The translations under genes were made by a program, and so were the position numbers. This document shows, piece by piece, positions 37,619 to 48,743 of a stretch of DNA of 64,000 nucleotides. This DNA comes from Patescibacteria group bacterium (GTDB lineage Archaea; Nanobdellota; Nanobdellia; Pacearchaeales; GW2011-AR1). Below the pieces are notes generated by a model. That model did not search any database, was not told the DNA's origin, and saw only the letters and a program-made list of their open reading frames with translations. Location: positions 11,725 through 75,724 of the forward strand of contig JAHYJW010000002.1 of assembly GCA_019428815.1 (NCBI GenBank), given 5' to 3'. The first letter of the stretch is position 1. Every line of letters begins with the position of its first letter.

Positions 37619-38128
37619 ATGGTTAAACTAAAAACATTGAATGAAACCTACTTCGCAGATATCCTTAAAGAATTCAATGACGCAGGAGAATTTGTTGGAG
37701 CTAGACAGGATGAAAAACAAGGACTTTTGAATGATTTCGATGAAGCTTGCAAAAGGTTTTTCTTTGGTAAGATTTCAGAGAAAGTCTTAAGTCTCTCAGT
37801 AGCTAAAACAAATAAAGAGTTGCAAAGACTTGATAAAGAAGTAAGAGAAGCTATTTCAAAAGGTAGAAAAAGTGCAGAAAAAGCTTCAAAACTTTTAGGG
37901 GCTCAAGCACCTATCGCATATAGAGCAACAATGTCTGGTATCTCTGGTGGACCTGGAAAAGCTAAGAAGAAAAAGGCTGCTAAGAAGAAAGCGCCTGCAA
38001 AAAAGGTAACTGTGAAAAAGAAAGCGCCTGCAAAAAAGGTAACTGTGAAAAAAAGCGTACCAAAAAAAGCGCAAAAAAAGGTAGTAAAGAAAAAGTCAGT
38101 AAAGAAGGCAGCAGTAAAAAAGAAATAA
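37619..38128 (+). CDS. hypothetical protein with a histone-H1-like Lys/Ala/Pro-rich C-terminal tail
   Basis: 169 aa. A helical N-terminal domain of about 100 aa is followed by GKAKKKKAAKKKAPAKKVTVKKKAPAKKVTVKKSVPKKAQKKVVKKKSVKKAAVKKK. Confidence 0.55.
   Translation: MVKLKTLNETYFADILKEFNDAGEFVGARQDEKQGLLNDFDEACKRFFFGKISEKVLSLSVAKTNKELQRLDKEVREAISKGRKSAEKASKLLGAQAPIAYRATMSGISGGPGKAKKKKAAKKKAPAKKVTVKKKAPAKKVTVKKSVPKKAQKKVVKKKSVKKAAVKKK
37985..38050 (+). repeat. perfect 33-bp tandem duplication inside the CDS
   Basis: aagaaagcgcctgcaaaaaaggtaactgtgaaa occurs at 37985..38017 and again at 38018..38050. It encodes KKAPAKKVTVK twice. Confidence 0.9.
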
Positions 38129-38191
38129 TTTTAATTTAATTTTTTATTTTTTTAGTTTATTTTTAAGTTTTAAAAATCGAAGATTTAATAA

Positions 38192-38401
38192 ATGAATAAA
38201 ATGGCAAAAAAAGAAAATAAACTCTTAAATCTTATTTCTTGGATTACGGGGATAATTGTTTCTCTAGCTTTGGGATTTGCAATGATTGGGGGAACATTAA
38301 GTCTGCCAGTTTGGTTAGGGGGGCATATTTTAGCTGCAATTGCAGGATGGATTCTTGTTATAACAACATTTGTTAGTGTCATCCTAACAATAATCAAATA
38401 A
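38192..38401 (+). CDS. small 2-TM membrane protein
   Basis: 69 aa. LISWITGIIVSLALGFAMIGG...HILAAIAGWILVITTFVSVILTII. The antisense ORF 38185..38397 is judged spurious. Confidence 0.45.
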   Translation: MNKMAKKENKLLNLISWITGIIVSLALGFAMIGGTLSLPVWLGGHILAAIAGWILVITTFVSVILTIIK

Positions 38402-38497
38402 GGAGTTCGTAAAACTTTTATTTTTTAATTAATTTAAAGATTAAGTTATTTAATCTATTAAGAATTAATCCAGAGAAGATTAGTTAGAACTCCTTTA

Positions 38498-39304
38498 TTA
38501 TTTTACAGGTTCCATGTCTTTCCAAGCAAGATCAAAAAGTTGTTCTAATGCTTGAGCAAAGAATTCAGTATTAATCCAAATTCCAATGTCATAATTAGGA
38601 TGGAATTTTTCATCATCTAAAAGCATGAACATAACTTGATTAGAGTCTATTACGATAAATCTCGCTTTAAATTGACTAAGACTTCTAACTTCTGCAACTT
38701 TTTTAAAATCTTTTGCTATTTTTTGGTTATTACTATCAATTGGTGCAGCAATTCTAATTTTTACACCCCTTTTCTTACACTTTTCTAATGCAGGAAGTAA
38801 AAATTCTAATTTTCGGTTTAAGCCTTCAGAAGTAGTGATCATAGTTATTGATTTTTCTGCATCACGAACCATCATATCTAAATGATTATAAAGATTTTGT
38901 CTGCCCCTTATACTACCGGATAAATCTGAAGGCTCTACGAATTTTACCCCTTTTGTAAATAAGGAGTTTAACTCATTAAGAACATCATCGCCCTTTAAAG
39001 TTTCAAGTCTTTGGGATTTTTCCTTTGCCTCGACTAAAAGGTTTTTCTTAACTCTTTCTACTACCTCTTCTGGCCCCAAAGCAACAAACTTAATCGGTTT
39101 ACCCAATTTCATTATGATAAATCCTTTTTTCTCTAAACTCTCTAAGATATCATATGTCCTAGATCTAGGAACATCAGAAATATTACTCAGTTCTCCTGCT
39201 GTTGAAGTCCCTCTTGAAAGAAGAGCTGTCCAGACTTTGACTTCATAAAGGTTTAAATCAAATATTTTTCGTAATCTGCTTAAAAATTCTTCTTTGACTA
39301 TCAT
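38498..39304 (-). CDS. TrmB-family transcriptional regulator
   Basis: LNLYEVKVWTALLSRGTSTAGELSNISDVPRSRTYDILESLEKKGFI plus the C-terminal TrmB effector-like domain. Confidence 0.75.
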   Translation of the reverse strand: MIVKEEFLSRLRKIFDLNLYEVKVWTALLSRGTSTAGELSNISDVPRSRTYDILESLEKKGFIIMKLGKPIKFVALGPEEVVERVKKNLLVEAKEKSQRLETLKGDDVLNELNSLFTKGVKFVEPSDLSGSIRGRQNLYNHLDMMVRDAEKSITMITTSEGLNRKLEFLLPALEKCKKRGVKIRIAAPIDSNNQKIAKDFKKVAEVRSLSQFKARFIVIDSNQVMFMLLDDEKFHPNYDIGIWINTEFFAQALEQLFDLAWKDMEPVK

Positions 39305-39387
39305 TTTAGTTTATGACTGTTTCTATATCCCTTATTAATGGGAACTCTTTTTAAAGATTGTTATGATAAAAGAGTAACCTATCGCAA

Positions 39388-42249
39388 TTACCTTGCGGTG
39401 ATGATAATTACAATATCTCCTCTTTTGTCCTTTATACTAAACCTTATTTTGTTTTTAAAGTTTTCCTTGTATTCACTTTCGAGTTTCTTGTTTTCTATTA
39501 TCTCTAAAGAAACCGAGTTAGTTCTCTCTTTTATAAAAATGAGATTTTGATCTAAGATTTCTTTAAATTCCTTATCAGTTACTATAAGCAATTTTATTTT
39601 TTCTTTTTTCTCGAGGCCTAAACTTTTCCTGAAGTCCTGGACTTTCCGAGAAATCTCTCTAGCATAACCTTCTGCTTCAAGATCTTTAGAAACCTTTGAA
39701 TCAAGTTCTACCAAAATTTTATTATTCTCTATTCCCTTTGAGTAAGTTAATTTTTTGACATTTAGTTGTTCTTTTATTAGAGATTCTTCTTCTTTATTTA
39801 GAATAAAATTATCAATAGATATATTGGCATTAAGTAAGGGCCATTTTAAGCCAATACCAATCTTATCTCTTTCCCTTAAACCCAAAGAGATTATCTCCCT
39901 TATTTTTGTCATTTTTTCGGATATTTTCTTTTCTATCTTTTTTTTATCAAATCTAGGAAAATTTTCAAGATGAACAGATTTTAAGTTAGGATTTAGTTTA
40001 TGAAATATTTCTTCAGAAACAAAAGGTAAAACTGGTGCGATAGTTTTTGAAAAAACATCTAATACATAACCTAATGTTTGTATTGCATTTTTTTCTTCTT
40101 CAAATCTATTTCGATTAATTCTAACATACCAGGTAGATAAATCTTCAACAAAGGATTTTATCTCTACACATGCATGAAGGGTATCATAATCCTCTAAATA
40201 TTGGTTTATTTTAATTCCAAAGTCATTTAACCTAGAGATAATCCACTTATCAGTTAAGTTTTTACTTAAAGGATTTTTAATCTTTTCTTCTTTTCTGGTT
40301 ATTTCGTAAAATCTCAACACATTATAGAGGATAAGAATCACTTTTCTATAAACCTCTTCAACACCCTTATCTGAGAAATTAATATCTTCTGCATTCATAA
40401 CAGAGCTTGACATAAGATAAAACCTCAAGGCATCTACACCATACTTTTTAATTAAAATCATTGGATCTGTAAAATTATTCTTACTTTTACTCATTTTTTG
40501 ACCATCTTCAGCAAGAATAGTCCCAGTGGTTACCACGTTCTCAAATGGAGCTTCATCGAATAAAATTGCTGAAAGAACCATCATATAGTAAAACCAAGTT
40601 CTTACTTGAGCAATGTACTCTGCAACAAAATCTGAAGGAAAACTTTTTTTAAAGAGTTCTTTATTTTCAAAAGGATAATGAAATTGGGCAAAGGTCATAG
40701 CTCCGGACTCAAACCAACAATCCAGAACTTCAGGAATTCTTTTGAATTCTTTTCCATTTTTTTCTAAGATTAATTCATCTAAATAATCTTTATGGAGATT
40801 AATCTCCCCCTTAAGATTTTTTGCATATTTTTTTAGTTCATCTATACTTCCAATAACAAGTTTTTCTCCGTCTACAGAAACCCACACGGGCATAGCACTT
40901 GCCCAATACCTATTTCTAGAGATATTCCAATCTGGAGCAGTTTCTATTGTATACCTTACCCTTCCTTTTTTAAGAAAGCTAGGATACCAGTTTATTTTTT
41001 GACTTATTTCAAGAAGTCGGGGTTTTATTTTTTGTATATCAACAAACCATGCAGGTATAGCCCGATATATCAGTTTGGTATCACATCTGCAACAGAAGGG
41101 GTATTCATGTTCTGTTTTCTTAATAAGAACAATCTTGTTATCTCTCTTCAAAAAATTTATTATTTCTTGATTTGAATCGTGAACAAATCTCCCTTTGAAA
41201 TCTTTAACAACCGGTTGAAATTTGCCTTGATCATCGATGGGATTAACTAGGGGGATATTATTTTTTTTGCATATTTCATAATCATCTTCTCCAAAAGCTG
41301 GGGCTGTATGAACAATACCTGTTCCGTCTTCAGCAGTTACAAACTTACCTAAAAGAAATCTAAAAGCATTAGGGGTGTCTTTAAAATAAGGGAATAGAGG
41401 CTCATATCTTTTATTTTCCAAATCCTTTCCTTTTATCTCTTTTATTATATCATAACTGTCCTTACTCTTAAAGAACTTATCAATCACATCTTTAACAAGA
41501 AGGTAAGTTTTTTCATCAGATTTGTCCTTTAAGTAAACATAGTTCAAAGAAGGATTTATTGTTAGAGCAAGGTTTGAAGGCAAGGTCCAGGGAGTAGTAG
41601 TCCATGCAAGTGCATAAACATCCTCATCTAAAAGTTTAAACTTCACAACTATAGAATCTTCTTTTATAGTTCTATAAGAATTATCCATAGCAATCTCAGC
41701 TTTAGCCAAAGGTGTAGAACATCTAGGACAGTACATTAATACCTTTTCCCCTTCATAAATAAAACCTTTTTCCCACAGTTGTTTAAATGCCCACCAAACA
41801 GATTCTATATACTCCTTATCCATAGTTTTATAGGCTTTGTCCATATCAACCCACCTAGCTATTCTTTCAATAACTTTTTTCCATTCAGAAGAATAACCCA
41901 TAACACTATTCTTACAGTATTCATTGAATTTTTTTACGCCAAGTTCTCTAATCTCTGTTTTAGAATTTATCTTTAACCCTTTTTCAGCAATATTTTCTAC
42001 TGGTAATCCATGACAATCCCATCCCCAAACTCTTCGAACATATTTTCCTTTCATAGTCCAAAATCTCCCAAAGATGTCTTTTGTAACAGATCCTAAAATA
42101 TGACCATAATGGGGGGTTCCTGTTGCAAATGGGGGGCCATCATAGAATAAATAAGGTTTTTTGGATTTAGTCTTTATTAAAGATTTTTCAAAAATCTTGT
42201 TTTTATTCCAAAACTTTAAAATTTCTTCTTCAACATCATTAATTTCCAT
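39388..42249 (-). CDS. ileS: isoleucyl-tRNA synthetase
   Basis: PPFATGTPHYGHIL (HIGH), the CP1 editing region (TTTPWTLPSN), KMSKS, and zinc-knuckle Cys pairs. Confidence 0.9.
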   Translation of the reverse strand: MEINDVEEEILKFWNKNKIFEKSLIKTKSKKPYLFYDGPPFATGTPHYGHILGSVTKDIFGRFWTMKGKYVRRVWGWDCHGLPVENIAEKGLKINSKTEIRELGVKKFNEYCKNSVMGYSSEWKKVIERIARWVDMDKAYKTMDKEYIESVWWAFKQLWEKGFIYEGEKVLMYCPRCSTPLAKAEIAMDNSYRTIKEDSIVVKFKLLDEDVYALAWTTTPWTLPSNLALTINPSLNYVYLKDKSDEKTYLLVKDVIDKFFKSKDSYDIIKEIKGKDLENKRYEPLFPYFKDTPNAFRFLLGKFVTAEDGTGIVHTAPAFGEDDYEICKKNNIPLVNPIDDQGKFQPVVKDFKGRFVHDSNQEIINFLKRDNKIVLIKKTEHEYPFCCRCDTKLIYRAIPAWFVDIQKIKPRLLEISQKINWYPSFLKKGRVRYTIETAPDWNISRNRYWASAMPVWVSVDGEKLVIGSIDELKKYAKNLKGEINLHKDYLDELILEKNGKEFKRIPEVLDCWFESGAMTFAQFHYPFENKELFKKSFPSDFVAEYIAQVRTWFYYMMVLSAILFDEAPFENVVTTGTILAEDGQKMSKSKNNFTDPMILIKKYGVDALRFYLMSSSVMNAEDINFSDKGVEEVYRKVILILYNVLRFYEITRKEEKIKNPLSKNLTDKWIISRLNDFGIKINQYLEDYDTLHACVEIKSFVEDLSTWYVRINRNRFEEEKNAIQTLGYVLDVFSKTIAPVLPFVSEEIFHKLNPNLKSVHLENFPRFDKKKIEKKISEKMTKIREIISLGLRERDKIGIGLKWPLLNANISIDNFILNKEEESLIKEQLNVKKLTYSKGIENNKILVELDSKVSKDLEAEGYAREISRKVQDFRKSLGLEKKEKIKLLIVTDKEFKEILDQNLIFIKERTNSVSLEIIENKKLESEYKENFKNKIRFSIKDKRGDIVIIITAR

Positions 42250-42330
42250 TTTATTGAATTGTATGAACTTTTTAACCTCTTAAATTTTAAGAGTACCATA
42301 TTTTTAAATAGTTAGTTTAGATATAAAAAA

Positions 42331-43041
42331 TTAAATTTCATTTAAAAATTCTTTTTCTGTGAAATGGAGTTTTCCAGGAATGATAAAACAAAAAGGTTTT
42401 TCTAAATCTTTTTGTTTTAGATTGGAGATATCTTCGTAGTAAACTTTTGAATTTTTACATCCAAGTCTTGAACAAACAACTATTTTTGTTAGAGGAACTT
42501 CATTATTCTCACAATCTTTTCTTAGTTTTTCTAATGCAACATTAAAATTTAATCCGATGTCCACTAATATTAAGGTATGTGCTTGGATACTCTGATTTTC
42601 CTTAATAACTTCAGTGTAACTAGAAGCCTCAAAATCAGGCATAGAAGTAATCTTACCAAACTTGTATAGTTGAAGACCGGTTTCAGAAACAGCATCAAAG
42701 ATAGATGCATTATGAATAACCCTGGTTTTAACGTTCGATTTTTTAGCTTCATTTATTAAAGAAATATGGGTAGTTGCCATAAGAGGAGAACCATAGATTA
42801 ATAGAACAATGTCTGAATCTTTAGATTCCAAAAAAAGTTTTTCCATTTCTTGTTCAACAAAACCCCTATCAACCTGAATTATTTTTCCCTTAAGATTTAA
42901 CTGATTTTCTAAATCTTGGAGATCATAGGGGAAATCAACAGTATAGTTTTCAAGATATACTGCTTTAGCTTCAGAGATTATTCTTTCTGTTTCTTTATTA
43001 TAAGAATTTTCATTTAAACCTAATCCTATTAAATACAACAT
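42331..43041 (-). CDS. dph5: diphthine synthase
   Basis: MLYLIGLGL...AVYLENYTV...LIYGSPLMATTH matches Dph5 (tetrapyrrole-methylase fold). I prefer ATG 43041 (MLYLIGLGL) over the upstream track start at 43089. Confidence 0.8.
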   Translation of the reverse strand: MLYLIGLGLNENSYNKETERIISEAKAVYLENYTVDFPYDLQDLENQLNLKGKIIQVDRGFVEQEMEKLFLESKDSDIVLLIYGSPLMATTHISLINEAKKSNVKTRVIHNASIFDAVSETGLQLYKFGKITSMPDFEASSYTEVIKENQSIQAHTLILVDIGLNFNVALEKLRKDCENNEVPLTKIVVCSRLGCKNSKVYYEDISNLKQKDLEKPFCFIIPGKLHFTEKEFLNEI

Positions 43042-43143
43042 AAAAAAGTTAAAATAAGGGCATTTATTAAGATATCTCCTTAACTTCAACCTAACCTTGA
43101 ATGAGGGATAAACTTATATAAAGAGATTTTACAGTTTAGATAT

Positions 43144-43539
43144 ATGGATATTAAAAAGTTTAGAAATTTTACATTGAGTTCAGGTGCAGAGATATTCTTA
43201 GGGAAAAATGCAGATAATAATGACAAGCTTGTTAGTTATTTTAAAGGAAAACCTAACGTGATTATCCATACAATTGCCCCTGGAAGCCCTTTTTGTGTTA
43301 TTGAAAAACTAAATCCAAATAGAGAAGAGATAAAAGAGGCTTCGATAATCTGTGCATCTAAAAGTCAAAATTGGAGGGATCACCACTCTAATGTAGACTT
43401 ACATGTTTTTACTGGTAAGGATGTTAAAAAAACATTATTTGCTAAAAAAGGTACTTGGAAAGTAAAGAAAAAGGCTGAAATTGTCCAAATTAAAAAAGAA
43501 GATATATTAAAATTTGAAAGTAAGACTAAGAAAAAATGA
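43144..43539 (+). CDS. stand-alone NFACT-R (DUF814) RNA-binding domain protein
   Basis: SGAEIFLGKNADNNDKLV...VIIHTIAPGSPFCVI fits the DUF814 pattern (G..i.vGkn...Nd.l ... H......gshvvi). Confidence 0.6.
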   Translation: MDIKKFRNFTLSSGAEIFLGKNADNNDKLVSYFKGKPNVIIHTIAPGSPFCVIEKLNPNREEIKEASIICASKSQNWRDHHSNVDLHVFTGKDVKKTLFAKKGTWKVKKKAEIVQIKKEDILKFESKTKKK

Positions 43540-43778
43540 GACAAACAAACATCCAACTAGGAAAGAATAGAATAACTGAGAACTTTATCGAAACTTTAAA
43601 AAGCCACTTTAAAAAACATGACACTGTAAAAATTTCAGTTTTGAAAAGTGCAGATACTAAAAAAGAAAACATCAGACTATATGCTAATGAAATATTAGAA
43701 AAGATGGGGGTTAATTATACAGCAAGGATAATTGGATTTACTATATCTCTAAAAAAATGGAGAAGGCCTCAAAGATAA
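43536..43778 (+). CDS. CRM/YhbY-like RNA-binding protein
   Basis: 80 aa. IQLGKNRITENFIETLKSHFKKHDTVKISVLKS...ARIIGFTISLKKWR resembles the YhbY/CRS1 fold pattern. Its start overlaps the upstream stop (ATGA). Confidence 0.6.
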   Translation: MRQTNIQLGKNRITENFIETLKSHFKKHDTVKISVLKSADTKKENIRLYANEILEKMGVNYTARIIGFTISLKKWRRPQR

Positions 43779-43868
43779 ATTGTTAATTTTTAGTTTAAGT
43801 AAAGATTGATTTACAGAATAGAAAATTTTAAAAAAAGAGATTTTTAAAATAGATAAGGAAAAAATAAA

Positions 43869-45762
<1,894 letters not shown>

Positions 45763-45904
45763 ACAGATGATCCTATAATGCAAACTCTTTATTTCAATTC
45801 TTTAAAAATCTAAAGAGATACTTTTATAAACCGATAGCATATTACTTTTTAGGTCAACAGCCTAGAGCTGTTCTAATGTCGAAAGACATGCCATAACAAT
45901 CAGA

Positions 45905-46327
45905 ATGGAAAAAGATAACAAGAATTCAGTTTATGAACTTAATGCTCAGGAATATAATCTTAAGCTAGCAAAAGCTTTGAAAGAGGTTTCAGAGTTTAAA
46001 GAGCCAGAATGGGCAATGTTCATTAAATCAAGTTCTGGAAAAGAAAGACCCATTAATGACCCTGATTTCTGGCATAAAAGAGCTGCAAGTATCTTAAGAC
46101 AAATTTACAAAAAAAAGATAGTAGGGGTTAGTCGTTTAAGAACAAGATACGGAAGTAAAAAAAAGAGGGGAAATAGACCAGAAAGATTCAGAAGAGCTGG
46201 AGGAAAAATAATCAGGACAATTTTACAACAATCTGATTCTGCAGGTTTTACAGAGGTTGAAAAAGGAAAAAAACCTGGAAGAAAATTAACACAAAAAGGA
46301 AAATCTTTTTTAGAAAATATCAAATAA
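45905..46327 (+). CDS. rps19e: 30S ribosomal protein S19e
   Basis: EPEWAMFIKSSSGKERPINDPDFWHKRAASILRQIY...VGVSRLRTRYGSKKKRG matches the S19e consensus. Confidence 0.85.
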   Translation: MEKDNKNSVYELNAQEYNLKLAKALKEVSEFKEPEWAMFIKSSSGKERPINDPDFWHKRAASILRQIYKKKIVGVSRLRTRYGSKKKRGNRPERFRRAGGKIIRTILQQSDSAGFTEVEKGKKPGRKLTQKGKSFLENIK

Positions 46328-46333
46328 ATTAAA

Positions 46334-46537
46334 ATGGGAATAAAAAATCCGAAAAAAAAGGCAACTCTTGAAAAGAAAGCTAAACAAACCAAGTGGGCTC
46401 CTATTTGGGCTGTTTTAAAAAAGTATGGTGTGGGAAAAAAGATCCATCCATCTAGCTTAACTAGACATAGAAGGTCCTGGAAAAGAACTAAACTTCATAT
46501 TAAACCAAGAAAACAAAGAAAGTCTCATTTTGGTTAA
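46334..46537 (+). CDS. rpl39e: 50S ribosomal protein L39e
   Basis: Small and very basic, with ...KQTKWAPIWAVLK...RHRRSWKRTKL, consistent with L39e. It sits in the conserved position before L31e. Confidence 0.7.
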   Translation: MGIKNPKKKATLEKKAKQTKWAPIWAVLKKYGVGKKIHPSSLTRHRRSWKRTKLHIKPRKQRKSHFG

Positions 46538-46559
46538 ATAAAATAAATCTAAGAAGAAT

Positions 46560-47144
46560 ATGGCAGAAAAAAAAGGAAAGAAAACTGAAGAAAGAGAAGA
46601 AAGAGAGTACATCATTCCTCTTAGAGCTAACTGGACAAAGGTTCCAAGGTATAAGAGAGCAAATAAAGCAGTAAAAACAATAAAAGAATTCTTAGCGAGG
46701 CATATGAAAGTTCGGGACAGAGACTTAAATAAAATTAAATTAGAAGGTTACATTAACGAATTTGTTTGGTTAAAGGGAATAAAAAAACCCCCAGTTAAAA
46801 TAAAAGTGAAGGTGTTTAAAGATGGAGAAATTGTGAGAGCAAAACTTTCTGAACTTCCAGAGAAATTAAAATTCAAAAAAGAAAGAGAACAAAAAATGGA
46901 AGAAAAGGCTCATAAATCTATTGAAAAAAAGAAAGAAGAAGTTAAAAAAAATGAAGAAGAAATGAGTGAAAAGAAAACGCCTGAAAGAACAGAAGAAGAT
47001 GAAAAGAAAGAGAAAGAAAAAACTATTTCAGGAGAAGAATCAATGAAAAAGTTAGAAAAAGAAGCTTCAATAAGAGAAAAACATATGTCAAAGAGTAAAG
47101 TTAAAGAACCAAAACATCAAAAAAGAATGGCTTTAAAAAAATGA
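46560..47144 (+). CDS. rpl31e: 50S ribosomal protein L31e with a ~100-aa Lys/Glu-rich C-terminal extension
   Basis: EREYIIPLRANWTKVPRYKRANKAVKTIKEFLARHMKV...KLEGYINEFVWLKGIKKPPVKIKV is the L31e core. The rest is K/E-rich low complexity. Confidence 0.8.
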   Translation: MAEKKGKKTEEREEREYIIPLRANWTKVPRYKRANKAVKTIKEFLARHMKVRDRDLNKIKLEGYINEFVWLKGIKKPPVKIKVKVFKDGEIVRAKLSELPEKLKFKKEREQKMEEKAHKSIEKKKEEVKKNEEEMSEKKTPERTEEDEKKEKEKTISGEESMKKLEKEASIREKHMSKSKVKEPKHQKRMALKK

Positions 47145-47162
47145 TTCTAAATTTGTTTCATT

Positions 47163-47564
47163 TTGTTTAAGATGGTTTTAAAAAAAAGATCTTTTTATCG
47201 GAAAATTTTTTCCTTTTTTTTATTTTTCTTAATTTTAACACTAACAACAGACTCAGCATCTAACTTAAGCTTAATAACTAAAGAAAATAAATTTGATTAT
47301 AATCCCACTGGATTTTTGATTTTTAGAGAATCTCAAAATTCAAAAAGTTTCAATCTTTTTGATTTAGATAATTCTAATGCTCAAGTATATTTCACACATT
47401 CTTATACACAAGCAATCTGCGATGAAAAAAACCTTTGTAAAGATTTTGAGTTTTTTTGTTATAATGAAAAGATTGTAGAGATTATTTCTACGGAATCATC
47501 AGTTCAATTTCCAAAGAACTGGGAAGATTTAAGGCCAGAAAGATTGAAGGATAATATGTGCTAA
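47163..47564 (+). CDS. hypothetical secreted Cys-containing protein (likely start ATG 47172)
   Basis: N-terminal signal anchor FSFFLFFLILTLT and 4 Cys in the mature part. Confidence 0.4.
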   Translation: MFKMVLKKRSFYRKIFSFFLFFLILTLTTDSASNLSLITKENKFDYNPTGFLIFRESQNSKSFNLFDLDNSNAQVYFTHSYTQAICDEKNLCKDFEFFCYNEKIVEIISTESSVQFPKNWEDLRPERLKDNMC

Positions 47565-47691
47565 GTAAGACTTAGGTTCTAAATAAAAATTTTCGAAAAA
47601 AGAGTATGTTATTTTTAAAATTAAAATTTTTTTTAAAAAAAGGTTCTTTTTAGTTTGTTAATTTAAATTTAAAAAAAGATTTGTCTTTTAT

Positions 47692-47886
47692 TTAAGATAA
47701 ACTTTTGAGGTCAGATTTTTCATTATCTTTTTTTTGTTTAGAAACCCATCTTACCTTTCTTTTTTTCATTTGCATATTTTTTCTGCACTTTGAAGAACAA
47801 AGATAGTTAATTGTCCCGTCATTCATAACTAGGGTAGTTCCTTTTGGGATTTCGTATTGTTTTCCGCAATATACACACTTAGGCAT
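47692..47886 (-). CDS. rpl24e: 50S ribosomal protein L24e
   Basis: MPKCVYCGKQYEIPKGTTLVMNDGTINYLCSSKCRKN matches the L24e zinc-ribbon consensus. Confidence 0.85.
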   Translation of the reverse strand: MPKCVYCGKQYEIPKGTTLVMNDGTINYLCSSKCRKNMQMKKRKVRWVSKQKKDNEKSDLKSLS

Positions 47887-47915
47887 TTTTATTTTTTTGA
47901 AATTTAATTTAATTT

Positions 47916-48380
47916 TTAATTTGAATACTCTTCAAAAGGGGGGTTCTTTTGGAGATTAATGTCATTGTATTTTCTAGTAAATTCTCTAAAGAGTCTCCCA
48001 CAACAATGTTGGAGGTATTTCATGTTTTCCAAAAATTCTTTCTCAGTGTCTGAAAGAGAACATCCTAACTCTTCATTTTTAATAACTTCAAGTAATCCAT
48101 TTAATTTTTCAACTGTTCCCCCTCTAGTAACCTCTTCTCGAGGGCCCAATATATGGAGAATATACCTATTTTTTCTTTCATCTTTGCTTTCTTTATTTCC
48201 TGAAAGATTAACTGAACCTTTAACAAAATAATCTTTTTCTAATTTTTCTCTTAAAGTATCATAAAAATACTTTGAAAGGTGGTCTATTTCTACAACCTCT
48301 GAGGGATGTTCCTCTAGGGTTGAGAATACTCTTCTTTCTAAATTTTTTAGTTTAGCTTGAGATCTTTCGAATTTACCCAT
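47916..48380 (-). CDS. hypothetical protein inserted between rps28e and rpl24e
   Basis: 154-aa ORF on the same strand, with gaps of 14 nt and 29 nt to the flanking r-protein genes. No motif recognised. Confidence 0.5.
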   Translation of the reverse strand: MGKFERSQAKLKNLERRVFSTLEEHPSEVVEIDHLSKYFYDTLREKLEKDYFVKGSVNLSGNKESKDERKNRYILHILGPREEVTRGGTVEKLNGLLEVIKNEELGCSLSDTEKEFLENMKYLQHCCGRLFREFTRKYNDINLQKNPPFEEYSN

Positions 48381-48394
48381 TTTGAATTTCCTTT

Positions 48395-48685
48395 TTATGT
48401 ATATGCTCCTTTTGTGACCTTTGATTTTATTCTTCTTGCTTCGATTTCAGTTTCTCTTAAAATTAAATAATCGCCAATTCTTACTGGTCCTTTAACGTTT
48501 CTCCTCATTACCCTTCCCTTGTCTCTTCCTTCTTTTACTAAACATTTCACCTGGGTAACCTCACCCCTAAACCCAGTTCTACCGATTATCTCTTGAACTA
48601 ATGCAGGGGAAGTTTCTCCGACTATTCTATCGCTTTTTTTAGCTTTAGATTTTCGTTCTTCTCCTTGATTTTTTTGGTTTTTCAT
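48395..48685 (-). CDS. rps28e: 30S ribosomal protein S28e (with a basic N-terminal extension)
   Basis: [60 protein letters not shown] matches the S28e consensus. Confidence 0.85.
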   Translation of the reverse strand: MKNQKNQGEERKSKAKKSDRIVGETSPALVQEIIGRTGFRGEVTQVKCLVKEGRDKGRVMRRNVKGPVRIGDYLILRETEIEARRIKSKVTKGAYT

Positions 48686-48743
48686 TTTTATTTAGGAGTT
48701 TATAATAAGGAACTTTCAAAGTCACAAGCTTTGTAAACTCGAT

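Noticed and set aside
37985-38050. Tandem repeats (also 53209..53352 and 56415..56470) as CRISPR arrays.
   Set aside because: Each has only 2-3 copies with no unique spacers. Two of the three are in frame inside coding sequences. No cas genes are present.
42270-42290. The palindrome ctcttaaattttaagag between ileS and dph5 as a regulatory site or terminator.
   Set aside because: It is a short AT-rich near-perfect palindrome with too small a loop for an RNA hairpin. Similar ones are frequent in this sequence, and there is no supporting context.
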